A DNA stretch of 64,000 bases, taken from Acidobacteriota bacterium (GTDB lineage: Bacteria > Actinomycetota > Acidimicrobiia > Acidimicrobiales > RAAP-2). Each line of letters opens with the position of its first letter. Position 1 is the first letter of the stretch. The notes beneath the pieces were generated by a model. That model worked only from the letters and a program-made list of their open reading frames with translations. It made no database searches and was not told where the DNA came from. The DNA lies in assembly GCA_028873575.1 (NCBI GenBank), contig JAGWHY010000003.1, positions 15,661-79,660 on the forward strand, written 5' to 3'. A program made the position numbers and the translations under genes. This document shows, one piece after another, positions 18,139 through 26,852 of the stretch.

Positions 18139-20791
18139 GGCACTGCTTGAACTTACGTCCCGAACCACACCAACACGGGTCGTTGCGTCCAATCTTGTCT
18201 CGATCGCGCGCCGCGGGCTTGGCGGTCGCGTCGTGGGCCGGTAACTCGGTGCCCCCGGGGGCGACCTCATTGGCGTTGGTCACCGCGCCACGCAGGCCGT
18301 CGTCGACGGACTCGTCGGGCGCGACGGCCTCGACGTGGGTGATGTAGCGCACGTAATCGAGGTCCACCGCGTTGAGGAGGTGCTCGAACATCAAGTACCC
18401 CTCCTTCTGCCACGCGGTGAGCGGGTCCTGCTGGGCGACTTGGCGCAGGTGAATACCGTCTCGCAAGTAGTCCATGTCCGAGAGGTGCTCGCGCCAGCGC
18501 TGGTCGAGAATCTGCAACATCACGTCGCGCTCAATCTCTCGCGCGGTGTCGAGCCCCCCGGGGAAGTTGTCGCACTTCTTCGCGTAGAGGGTCAACGCCT
18601 CGTCGACCACCGCCGCGACGACGTCGTCAACGTCCTCGAGAGCCATGATCGCGTCCGCACTGAGCGTCGTCGGGTAGTAGGTCTGGAGGTCGACGAGCAG
18701 GGCGTTGACGTCCCACTCTTCGACGTAGGACTCACCAAGGTGGCCGCGCACGATCTCCTCGAGACGTTGCTCGAGCAGCGCGATCGTCCAGTCGTGAATG
18801 TCCTCACCGTCGATGACCTGTTGACGGCGTAGGTAGATGACCTTGCGCTGCTCATTCATCACCTCGTCGTACTTCAAGACGTCCTTACGGATTTCGGCGT
18901 TACGACCCTCGACGGTGTTTTGCGCGCGTTCAATCGCGTTGGACACCATCTTGGCCTCGATGGCCTCGTCGTCGGGCATCGCGCGACCCATCACCCACGA
19001 GACGGCCCCGGTCGCGAAGAGGCGCATCAGTTCATCTTCCAACGAGAGGTAGAAGCGGCTCTCGCCCGGGTCACCCTGACGTCCCGCGCGACCACGCAGC
19101 TGGTTGTCAATGCGTCGCGAGTCGTGCCGTTCGGTACCCAAGACGTAGAGCCCACCGAGTTCTCGAACCTCGTCGCCTTCGGCGTCGCAGATCGCGCGCC
19201 ACTTGGCGAGCGCCTTGGCGTAGGCCTCGTCGTAGCCCTCCGAGCCCACCGCGACCCCCGAGGCGACGACCTCGCGTGAGGCGAGACCTTCGGCGTTCCC
19301 ACCGAGGATCACGTCGACGCCTCGACCGGCCATATTGGTCGCGACGGTGACGGCGTGCTTGCGTCCGGCCTGGGCGACGATCTCGGCTTCGCGAAAGTGT
19401 TGCTTCGCGTTGAGCACCTCGTGCGGGATGCCGGCCTTCGAGAGTTCGCGCGAGAGCAGTTCCGACTTTTCCACCGACGCCGTACCCAGCAACACTGGTT
19501 GGCCACGGTCGTAGCGCTGCTGCACGTCGTCGACGATGGCCTTGAATTTCGCCGCCTCGGTCTTAAAGATCAGGTCGGGCTTGTCGTCGCGACGCGCCGG
19601 GCGGTTCGTCGGAATCGGCACGACGGACAGACCGTAGGTGTTACCGAACTCCGCGGCCTCCGTCTCAGCCGTACCGGTCATACCGGCGATTTTGTCGTAC
19701 ATGCGGAAGTAGTTCTGCAGCGTCACGGTCGCCCACGTGTGATTCTCTTCTTGAATCTTCACGCGCTCCTTGGCCTCGACGGCCTGGTGCAGACCGTCGC
19801 TCCAACGCCGTCCGTCGAGGGTGCGTCCGGTGAACTCGTCGATGATCTTTACTTCACCCTGGGCGACGAGGTAGTCCTTGTCGCGGTGGAAGAGCTCCTT
19901 CGCCCGCAGGGCTTGGCCGAGTTGGTGCACGTAGTTCGTCGCCACCGCGTCGTAGAGGTTGGTCACGCCGAGTTGCCCTTCGACTTTTTCGATGCCGGCC
20001 TCGGTCGGTACCACCGTCTTTTTTTCTTCGTCCACTTCGTAGTCGACGTCGCGGGTCAGCGTGCGCACGATGGAGGCGAACTGGTAGTAGAGCTTCGTGA
20101 CGTCCGACGCGGGACCCGAAATGATGAGTGGGGTGCGGGCCTCGTCAATCAAAATCGAGTCAACCTCGTCGACGATGGCGTAGTGATGACCACGCTGAAC
20201 CATGTGTTCGCGACGTCGCGCCATGTTGTCACGCAAGTAGTCAAAGCCGAACTCGGTGTTGGTGCCGTACGTCACGTCGCAGTCGTAGGCGGCCTTCTTG
20301 TCCTCGAACTCCTGGAGGTCCGGTCCGACGCGACCCACGCTGACGCCAAGGAACTGGTGGAGTCGACCCATCCAGGCCGCGTCACGCGTCGCGAGGTAGT
20401 CGTTGACGGTCACCACGTGAACGCCCTGGCCAGCCAGGGCGTTGAGGTAGACCGGCAGTGTCGACACCAAGGTCTTACCTTCACCGGTCTTCATTTCGGC
20501 GATCCACCCAAAGTGCAGCGCCATGCCACCCATCAACTGGACGTCGTAGTGTCGCTGGCCGAGCACGCGCGTCGCGCCCTCGCGGACCACCGCGAAGGCC
20601 TCAATCAAGAGATCGTCGAGCGTTTCGCCCTGGGCGATACGGGCGCGGAACTCGTCGGTCTTCGCGCGCAGTTCGGCGTCGGAGAGTGCCGCCATTTCCG
20701 GCGCCAGGTCGTTAATCGGCCCCACCAACTCCGCGAGTTGACGTACGCGCTTGCCCTCACCGGCCCGAAGAATCTTGCTGAAAACACTCAT
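18125..20791 (-). CDS. secA: Preprotein translocase ATPase SecA
   Basis: ATG at 20791 (MSVFSKILRAGEGKRVRQL). MKTGEGKTL Walker A, a DEVDSILIDEARTPLIISG DEAD-like motor, and the C-terminal Zn finger CWCGSGRKFKQCHG. Confidence 0.95.
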   Translation of the reverse strand: MSVFSKILRAGEGKRVRQLAELVGPINDLAPEMAALSDAELRAKTDEFRARIAQGETLDDLLIEAFAVVREGATRVLGQRHYDVQLMGGMALHFGWIAEMKTGEGKTLVSTLPVYLNALAGQGVHVVTVNDYLATRDAAWMGRLHQFLGVSVGRVGPDLQEFEDKKAAYDCDVTYGTNTEFGFDYLRDNMARRREHMVQRGHHYAIVDEVDSILIDEARTPLIISGPASDVTKLYYQFASIVRTLTRDVDYEVDEEKKTVVPTEAGIEKVEGQLGVTNLYDAVATNYVHQLGQALRAKELFHRDKDYLVAQGEVKIIDEFTGRTLDGRRWSDGLHQAVEAKERVKIQEENHTWATVTLQNYFRMYDKIAGMTGTAETEAAEFGNTYGLSVVPIPTNRPARRDDKPDLIFKTEAAKFKAIVDDVQQRYDRGQPVLLGTASVEKSELLSRELSKAGIPHEVLNAKQHFREAEIVAQAGRKHAVTVATNMAGRGVDVILGGNAEGLASREVVASGVAVGSEGYDEAYAKALAKWRAICDAEGDEVRELGGLYVLGTERHDSRRIDNQLRGRAGRQGDPGESRFYLSLEDELMRLFATGAVSWVMGRAMPDDEAIEAKMVSNAIERAQNTVEGRNAEIRKDVLKYDEVMNEQRKVIYLRRQQVIDGEDIHDWTIALLEQRLEEIVRGHLGESYVEEWDVNALLVDLQTYYPTTLSADAIMALEDVDDVVAAVVDEALTLYAKKCDNFPGGLDTAREIERDVMLQILDQRWREHLSDMDYLRDGIHLRQVAQQDPLTAWQKEGYLMFEHLLNAVDLDYVRYITHVEAVAPDESVDDGLRGAVTNANEVAPGGTELPAHDATAKPAARDRDKIGRNDPCWCGSGRKFKQCHGRP

Positions 20792-21090
20792 GTCCCGATG
20801 AACCTTACCGGTCAAAACCGCGTCGTAGTTGGGCTGCGGGTGCTGACCTGGTCTTTGACCCCACACCTGCCTGCGGCGGTCTCGACGCGCGCCCCGAGCA
20901 GCCCAGGGCTCTCTCGGCGCGTTCTCGCGCACTCCACCGGCTCCCCGCCGCGCCACTTTGGCTCGTTGGGGGCAGGACTTACTTCTAAACCGCGCCATGC
21001 TCGGCGTCAAAAAGACGCCTTACGTGGGTCGTTTCGCCCGCGACTGGCCTCGACTTGCAACCACAGACCACCCGCAGCCCGCTCGTTAGT

Positions 21091-21936
21091 CTACGGCCTC
21101 GACGTCGACCGGGTCGTGGCGAGGGCTACTACTAATCGCAACGCGAGTACCGCGCTCGCCAGTGGCGCCAGTAGTCGGCGGGGCCCTCGCGCGGTCTGCC
21201 ACTCAAAACGCACGGCGCTGCGGTGATGGGCGACGAGCATCGCGCGCGACGCGCGCGCCCGCGAGACGCCCTCCACGTGGGTGACGACCGCGTCGTCACT
21301 CGCCCCGACGCGCCAGCCCTTTTGCGCGAGGCTCCAACACAGGGCCATGTCCTCGGCGAACATGAAGTAGCGCTCGTCAAAGCCCCCGATCGACTCGAAG
21401 GCGCGCCGTCGAATCAAAAAGCACGCGCCCGAAACCCAGTCCACCGATCCGTCGGCGTGCGGGGCTCGGTAGCGCCGCGTGGCGGGATTCCCCGGCCACC
21501 ACGTCGACAGCAGCGCGTGCGCGCCCGCTAAGAAGACGTTCGGAAAGACGCGGTGCGACGGGTAGACGCTGCCGTCGGGGCGAACCACGCGCGGACCGAC
21601 GATCGCGAACTCCTCTCGCGCGTCGAGAAACGCCACCATCGCGGCGAGCGCCCCGTCGTGCACCACGACGTCGGGATTGGAGACGAGCAGGTAGGGGCGC
21701 TCGCTGGCGACCGCCGCGCCACGATTGACCCCCGCGCCGTAGCCGAGATTCAGTCCGGGGCGGACCAGTCGCACGTCACCGAGGGCCGCTTCGGGCGTGG
21801 AGCCGAGGTCGCCGTTTTCGACAACGACGATCTCACCCACCCCGTTCGCGCGCAGTGACGCGACGCACCCCACCAACGCCAGATCGGCGTGGTAATCCAC
21901 GACGACCGCCGCGACGTCGCGGGCGACATTACTCAC
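21091..21936 (-). CDS. Family 2 glycosyltransferase, WbbL-like rhamnosyltransferase
   Basis: The GTG at 21936 overlaps the rmlD stop (GTGA). Motifs are VVVDYHAD, NLGYGAG, NPDVVV, and VSGACFLIRRRAFESIGGFDERYFMFAEDMALC. The position directly after rmlD matches the mycobacterial rmlD-wbbL arrangement. Confidence 0.7.
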   Translation of the reverse strand: MSNVARDVAAVVVDYHADLALVGCVASLRANGVGEIVVVENGDLGSTPEAALGDVRLVRPGLNLGYGAGVNRGAAVASERPYLLVSNPDVVVHDGALAAMVAFLDAREEFAIVGPRVVRPDGSVYPSHRVFPNVFLAGAHALLSTWWPGNPATRRYRAPHADGSVDWVSGACFLIRRRAFESIGGFDERYFMFAEDMALCWSLAQKGWRVGASDDAVVTHVEGVSRARASRAMLVAHHRSAVRFEWQTARGPRRLLAPLASAVLALRLVVALATTRSTSRP

Positions 21937-22850
21937 GACGCGCGCTTTGCGCGATCGCGCGTTAAGCGAGTGAGCGCCTCGGTCCACGGCGGCAACGCGG
22001 CGAAGGCCGCCGCGAACTTCGTCGTCACGAGATCACTCTTGGCCGGGCGCGGCGCGAGGGGCGCGGGGGAAAGTTCACTGGTGGGAATCGCCGTGGCAAA
22101 GTCGTCGCCACGCCCGAGAGCGCGTCCCACGAAGTGCGCCACGTCGAACCAGGTCGTCACGCCGGTGTTCGCGACGTGCCAGTAGCCGCCGGGTCGCTCG
22201 CGCACCAACGTCGCGAGCGCGCGCGCCAAGTCACTCGCCGCCGTCACGGTCCCTCGTTGATCATTGACGAAGCGCACCGTCTCGCCGTTCGTCGCGCGAT
22301 CAGCGATCACGTGAACGACGCTGGTGCCGCGAACGCCCATCACCCACGAGGTGCGCACGATGGTGTCGCGCTCGTCGCAGCGCAGTTCGCCAGCCCGCTT
22401 GGACGCGCCGTAGACGCTCAAGGGATTCGTCGGATCATCTTCGACGTAGGCGCCCTTGGCGCCGTCGAAGACGTAATCCGTCGACACCGTAATGAAGTGC
22501 GCGTTCACCGCGCGCGCCGCGTCCGACAGCGTGCCGACCGCCGTGGCGTTGACGGCAAAGCAGGCGTCGCGTTCCACCTCGGCACGGTCAACCGCGGTGT
22601 AGGCCGCGAGGTGCACGACGACGTCGGGGCGCGCCACGTCGAGAGCGCGGGCGACCTGCGTGGGATTGGTTACGTCGAGGTCGTGACGCGTCAGGCCAAT
22701 CACCGCGAACTCCTCGTTCGTGATTGGCGTCGCGTCGGGTTGAAAGTGGGCGTCGCCGCCGAGGGGCACCGCCCCGCCCAACACGTCGAGCAGGTCAACC
22801 CCCACTTGGCCGGCCGCGCCGGTGACCAGTACGCGCGTGGGACGCGTCAC
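21933..22850 (-). CDS. rmlD: dTDP-4-dehydrorhamnose reductase
   Basis: The GTG at 22850 overlaps the birA stop (GTGA). VLVTGAAGQVG Rossmann motif, STDYVFDG, and YGASKRAGE (YxxxK). Confidence 0.85.
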   Translation of the reverse strand: MTRPTRVLVTGAAGQVGVDLLDVLGGAVPLGGDAHFQPDATPITNEEFAVIGLTRHDLDVTNPTQVARALDVARPDVVVHLAAYTAVDRAEVERDACFAVNATAVGTLSDAARAVNAHFITVSTDYVFDGAKGAYVEDDPTNPLSVYGASKRAGELRCDERDTIVRTSWVMGVRGTSVVHVIADRATNGETVRFVNDQRGTVTAASDLARALATLVRERPGGYWHVANTGVTTWFDVAHFVGRALGRGDDFATAIPTSELSPAPLAPRPAKSDLVTTKFAAAFAALPPWTEALTRLTRDRAKRAS

Positions 22851-23599
22851 GACGTTGGCTCCACGCGCAGGTGCACCACGTCGCCGTAGGTCACGCGTCG
22901 AGGTTGCCCGTCGACGGTTACGACGAGCGCGCCGTGCTCGTCGAGGTCCTCGGCCACGCCGACGAAGTTGTCGCCGACCAGTTCGACGCGCACCCGGCGG
23001 CCGAGCGTCGACAGCGACTCGCGCCACTGCGTTGACACGTGGGCGCGCCCTGGCGTCGTGTCGAGCCAACCGCGTCGCTCCTCGAGAGTCTCGAGCAGTT
23101 CGTCAAGAACGTCACGCGGACTCACGACCTCGCCGGTCTCTTCGAGCACGCTCGTCGCGTGCAGGGCCTGCGCGCCGTGCGCGGTGAGATTAAGGCCTAG
23201 CCCCACCACCACCGCGACGCCCGAAGGCGCCATGACGACCTCGGCTAAGACGCCGCCAAGTTTTCGTGGGCCCACGACGAGGTCGTTCGGCCACTTCAAC
23301 GTGCACTCGAGACCCACGAGGCGACGCAACGCGTCGCGAGCACTTAACGCCACTGCCGCCACGACGAGACCGAGTTCGTCGGGCACCAGCGGCGGACGCA
23401 GCAGAATCGAGCACAACAGCGCCGAGCCGGCCGACGACTCCCACGTGCGCCCGAGCCGACCTCGACCGGCGCGCTGAAAGTCGGCGCGCGCGACCAGTCC
23501 TTCACTCGCGCCCTCGCGCGCGCGTTCGACGAGCCACGTGTTCGTCGAGTCGATTTCGTCGAACTCCTCGATTCGCCAGATCTGGTGATTCACGTTCAA
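22847..23599 (-). CDS. birA: Biotin--[acetyl-CoA-carboxylase] ligase (group I, no HTH domain)
   Basis: 250 aa with FDEIDSTNTW, QRAGRGRLGRTWES (the GRGRxGRxW biotin-binding loop), and KWPNDL. Confidence 0.85.
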   Translation of the reverse strand: MNVNHQIWRIEEFDEIDSTNTWLVERAREGASEGLVARADFQRAGRGRLGRTWESSAGSALLCSILLRPPLVPDELGLVVAAVALSARDALRRLVGLECTLKWPNDLVVGPRKLGGVLAEVVMAPSGVAVVVGLGLNLTAHGAQALHATSVLEETGEVVSPRDVLDELLETLEERRGWLDTTPGRAHVSTQWRESLSTLGRRVRVELVGDNFVGVAEDLDEHGALVVTVDGQPRRVTYGDVVHLRVEPTS

Positions 23600-23656
23600 A
23601 GACTAGGGTTTTTGGTTCCAGTGGTAGAACGTAGAAGATTCGTCGCGGAGGTTGAC

Positions 23657-25411
23657 GTGTTAAAGAAAGTCCTCATCGCCAACCGTGGCGAGATCGCCGT
23701 ACGGGTGATGCGCACCTGTCGCGAAATGGGCATCGGTACGGTGGCGGTCTACTCGGACCTCGACCGCAACGCGCTACACGTACGTCTCGCCGACGAGGCC
23801 TACGCGCTGGGTGGCCAGAGCGCCGCCGAAAGCTACCTCAACACCGAGGCGATTCTGTCGGCCCTCGAGCAAAGTGGCGCCGACGCCGTGCACCCCGGCT
23901 ACGGCTTTTTCTCCGAGAACACCGATTTCGCGCGCGCGATCACCTCACGTGGAGTCACCTTCATCGGACCGCCCCCCGAGGCGATCGAAGTGATGGGCGA
24001 CAAAATCTCGTCGCGTCTGGCCGCCGAGGCCGCGGGTGTGAAGGGCGTCCCGGGACGCTCGCAGACGCTCGAGAGCGCTCAGGAGGTCATCGACTTCGGT
24101 AACGAGGTCGGTTGGCCCGTGGCGATCAAGGCCGCCTACGGCGGCGGCGGACGCGGCATGAAGGTCGTGAGCGCGCCCGAGGACGCGGCGGCGGCGCTCG
24201 AGAGCGCGCAGCGCGAAGCGCAGAGTTACTTCGGGCGCGCCGAGTGCTACGTCGAGCGTTACCTCACGTGGCCGCGCCACATCGAGATGCAGGTGCTCGC
24301 CGACGCGCACGGTCACACCCTGTGGCTCGGCGAACGCGACTGCTCGGCCCAGCGCCGCCACCAAAAGCTCGTGGAAGAGTCACCGGCCCCCAACTTTCCC
24401 GACGAGATCCGCCGCGCCATGGGTGAGGCGGCCGTGAAGGTCTCCGAGGCGTGCGGCTACGTCAACGCCGGCACCGTGGAGTTCCTCTACCAAGACGGCG
24501 AGTTCTACTTCCTCGAGATGAACACGCGACTGCAGGTCGAACACCCCGTGACTGAACTGGTGACGGGTCTCGACCTGGTCGAGTGGCAGTTACGCGTCGC
24601 CGCCGGCGAGGCGCTCGACTTCACCCAGGACGAGATCCGCCGCGACGGACACGCCATCGAGGTGCGCGTGAACGCCGAGGACCCCTCCAACGGACGTTTC
24701 GCCCCCTCGCCCGGACTGATCACGAAGTTTGACCAGCCCTCTGGACCAGGCGTACGCCTCGACGCCGGCTACGGCACGGGCGACACGGTCTCGCAGTACT
24801 ACGACAACCTCATCGCGAAGCTCATCGTCTGGGCGCCGACGCGCGAGCGCGCGCGGCGTCGGTTGCTGCGCGCGATCGAAGAGACCACTATCGAAGGGGT
24901 CGCCACCACGCTGCCGGCCGATCAGGTGATCTTGAGTGACGAGGACTTCGTCAACGGCACCCACTCCACCAAGTGGGTCGAGACGAATCTCGACTTTTCG
25001 AACCTGCCGAGCCCGGCGCGCGCCGCCGTGTCGGTCGGCGACGGACGGGTGCGCAAGGACGTCACCGCCGAGGTCAACGGCCGACGCGTGACGGTCGCGC
25101 TGTGGGTGCCCGAGTCGAGCGACGACGGTCTGCCGCGCGCGCAGTCCACCGCGGCTAAGCCCCGACGCCAACACCACGCGGGCGTGGTGGGCACCGGGTC
25201 GGGCAGTGTCACCGTCCCGATGCAGGGCACGATCGTGAAGGTCGCCGTCGAAGTGGGTCAGTCGGTCGAGGTCGGCGACGTGATCGTCATTCTCGAAGCG
25301 ATGAAGATGGAAAACAACGTCACCGCGGAAAAGTCCGGCGTCGTCAAATCCTTAAAGGTGGCGGCGGGCGACGCGGTGAGCGGCGGGGACGTCGTGGCGG
25401 TCATTGAATGA
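23657..25411 (+). CDS. accA: Acyl-CoA carboxylase alpha subunit (biotin carboxylase + BCCP)
   Basis: The GTG at 23657 lies 5-6 nt after a [35 protein letters not shown]-grasp motifs, and the C-terminal biotinylation motif ILEAMKMEN. Confidence 0.9.
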   Translation: MLKKVLIANRGEIAVRVMRTCREMGIGTVAVYSDLDRNALHVRLADEAYALGGQSAAESYLNTEAILSALEQSGADAVHPGYGFFSENTDFARAITSRGVTFIGPPPEAIEVMGDKISSRLAAEAAGVKGVPGRSQTLESAQEVIDFGNEVGWPVAIKAAYGGGGRGMKVVSAPEDAAAALESAQREAQSYFGRAECYVERYLTWPRHIEMQVLADAHGHTLWLGERDCSAQRRHQKLVEESPAPNFPDEIRRAMGEAAVKVSEACGYVNAGTVEFLYQDGEFYFLEMNTRLQVEHPVTELVTGLDLVEWQLRVAAGEALDFTQDEIRRDGHAIEVRVNAEDPSNGRFAPSPGLITKFDQPSGPGVRLDAGYGTGDTVSQYYDNLIAKLIVWAPTRERARRRLLRAIEETTIEGVATTLPADQVILSDEDFVNGTHSTKWVETNLDFSNLPSPARAAVSVGDGRVRKDVTAEVNGRRVTVALWVPESSDDGLPRAQSTAAKPRRQHHAGVVGTGSGSVTVPMQGTIVKVAVEVGQSVEVGDVIVILEAMKMENNVTAEKSGVVKSLKVAAGDAVSGGDVVAVIE

Positions 25412-26562
25412 GCCTCTTCGATCAGGCCACCGAGGCCATTGAGAATCAGCGCGCGTCACTGGTGGCGTTGAGTCACTTCGTCCACGCGCACCCCGAACTG
25501 GGCTACGTCGAGTTCGAGAGTGCCGCGGCGGTCGCCCAGGCGGCCGAAGACGCCGGACTGCGCGTCGAGCGCGGCGTGGCCGGACTTGAGACGGCCTTTC
25601 GCGCCACCGCCGGCACCGGATCGCTCAATATCGCCTTCTGCGCCGAGTACGACGCACTGCCCGACGTCGGACACGCCTGTGGACACAACCTCATCGCGGC
25701 CTCGTCGCTCGGGGCCGCGCTGGGTTTGGCGCGCGTCGCCGACGAACTCGACCTCACGGTGACCTTGCTCGGCACCCCTTCGGAAGAGGGCGGTGGCGGC
25801 AAGATCGACCTACTCAAGGCGGGCTACTTCGACGACGTGCACGCGGCCATGATGATTCACCCCTGGCCCACCGAGCGCCTCGAGGCGACCTGTCTCGCGG
25901 TCGATCACTTTGACGTGACCTATGAAGGCAAAGAGGCCCACGCCTCGGCCGCGCCGTGGGAGGGCGTGAACGCCCTCGACGCGTTGACCATTGCGCAAGT
26001 CGCCCTAGCGCTGCTTCGTCAGCAACTGCGTCCCGGCGACCAGGTCCACGGCGTCGTCGTCGAAGGCGGGGCCGCGGCCAACATCATTCCGCGTCGTGCC
26101 GCGGGGCGTTTCATGGCGCGCGCGCTCACGGCGTCGCGCCTCGTCGAACTGCGCCAACGTATCGACGCCTGTTTCGCGGCCGGCGCACTCGCGACCGGCG
26201 CGACGCTGCACGTCGAGGAGCTCGGCAGTGCCTTTTCGCACATGGAGTCCGACCTCGACCTGCTCGCCCACTACCGTCGAGCCGCCGAAGCCCTCGGACG
26301 TCGCTTCGATCTGGACGACGAGGGCGCGGCCAAGCCCACGATTTCGACCGACATGGCCAACGTCTCACTCGCGGTGCCGAGTATTCACCCCTTACTCGCG
26401 ATTCCCACACACGGCGCCGTCAACCACCAACCCGAGTTCACCGCCGCGTGCGTGACCCCCGAAGCCGATCAGGCCGTCATCGACGGCGCGATCACTTTGG
26501 CCCACACGGCCATTGCTACCGCACAAGACGCGTCGCTGCGCGCGCGACTACTCCAACGCTGA
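25408..26562 (+). CDS. M20-family amidohydrolase/peptidase
   Basis: 384 aa with HAHPELGYVEFES and AEYDALPDVGHACGHNL (metal ligands). An ATGA overlap couples it to accA. Confidence 0.8.
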   Translation: MSLFDQATEAIENQRASLVALSHFVHAHPELGYVEFESAAAVAQAAEDAGLRVERGVAGLETAFRATAGTGSLNIAFCAEYDALPDVGHACGHNLIAASSLGAALGLARVADELDLTVTLLGTPSEEGGGGKIDLLKAGYFDDVHAAMMIHPWPTERLEATCLAVDHFDVTYEGKEAHASAAPWEGVNALDALTIAQVALALLRQQLRPGDQVHGVVVEGGAAANIIPRRAAGRFMARALTASRLVELRQRIDACFAAGALATGATLHVEELGSAFSHMESDLDLLAHYRRAAEALGRRFDLDDEGAAKPTISTDMANVSLAVPSIHPLLAIPTHGAVNHQPEFTAACVTPEADQAVIDGAITLAHTAIATAQDASLRARLLQR

Positions 26563-26852
26563 TGGTGCTCGAACACGCCGTACTTACGACGCGCCCCGGC
26601 GAAGGCGCGACCTTCGAGGCGAATCTGGCGGCGGCGCTCGCGATTATTGAGAGTGCCGAGGGCTGCCTGGGGGCCGAGGTGCGTCGACAGATCGAAGATC
26701 CAACGGTCTACCTGCTCCTCGTGCGCTGGACCTCGGTCGAGGCGCACCTCGCCTTTCGTGAGACGGAACGCTTCACGCAGTGGCGCGCGCTCACCTGGCC
26801 CCACTACGCCTCCGCGCCCCACGTGACGCACTTCGGCGAACCGCTGCGTTAG
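26562..26852 (+). CDS. Antibiotic-biosynthesis-monooxygenase (ABM) domain protein
   Basis: The ATG at 26562 overlaps the M20 gene stop (TGATG). The 96-aa product ([22 protein letters not shown]...[20 protein letters not shown]) has typical ABM size and pattern. It is the 3' part of the listed ORF 25956..26852. Confidence 0.65.
   Translation: MVLEHAVLTTRPGEGATFEANLAAALAIIESAEGCLGAEVRRQIEDPTVYLLLVRWTSVEAHLAFRETERFTQWRALTWPHYASAPHVTHFGEPLR

Noticed and set aside
16993-18270. A programmed +1 frameshift site in prfB.
   Set aside because: The RF2 frame is continuous from the ATG at 18138. The region corresponding to the E. coli frameshift site reads DYLKID with no in-frame UGA. The upstream extension of the ORF overlaps the secA 3' end and is not RF2-like.
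21003-21019. The hairpin ggcgtc-aaaaa-gacgcc downstream of the GT2 gene, as an intrinsic terminator.
   Set aside because: The stem is only 6 bp. The T-run falls in the loop rather than after the stem on the transcribed strand. It is too weak to annotate as a terminator.
19355-21226. A 623-aa ORF antisense to secA. Similar long antisense or alternative-frame ORFs occur elsewhere: 8934..9647, 15285..16217, 29870..30541, 33742..34578, 40809..41825, 58921..60021, 60373..61374.
   Set aside because: All lie opposite or out of frame to genes with unambiguous conserved motifs. Their translations are Arg/Gly/Val/Asp-rich with no recognisable motif. Long spurious ORFs of this kind are expected in GC-rich DNA, where stop codons are rare.
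25956-26852. The long listed ORFs 25956..26852 and 51362..52675, taken as whole genes.
   Set aside because: Their 5' portions overlap the M20 and sufS genes out of frame and translate to Arg-rich junk. Only the 3' parts are credible, starting at overlapping start codons: the ABM protein from 26562 and SufU from 52208.
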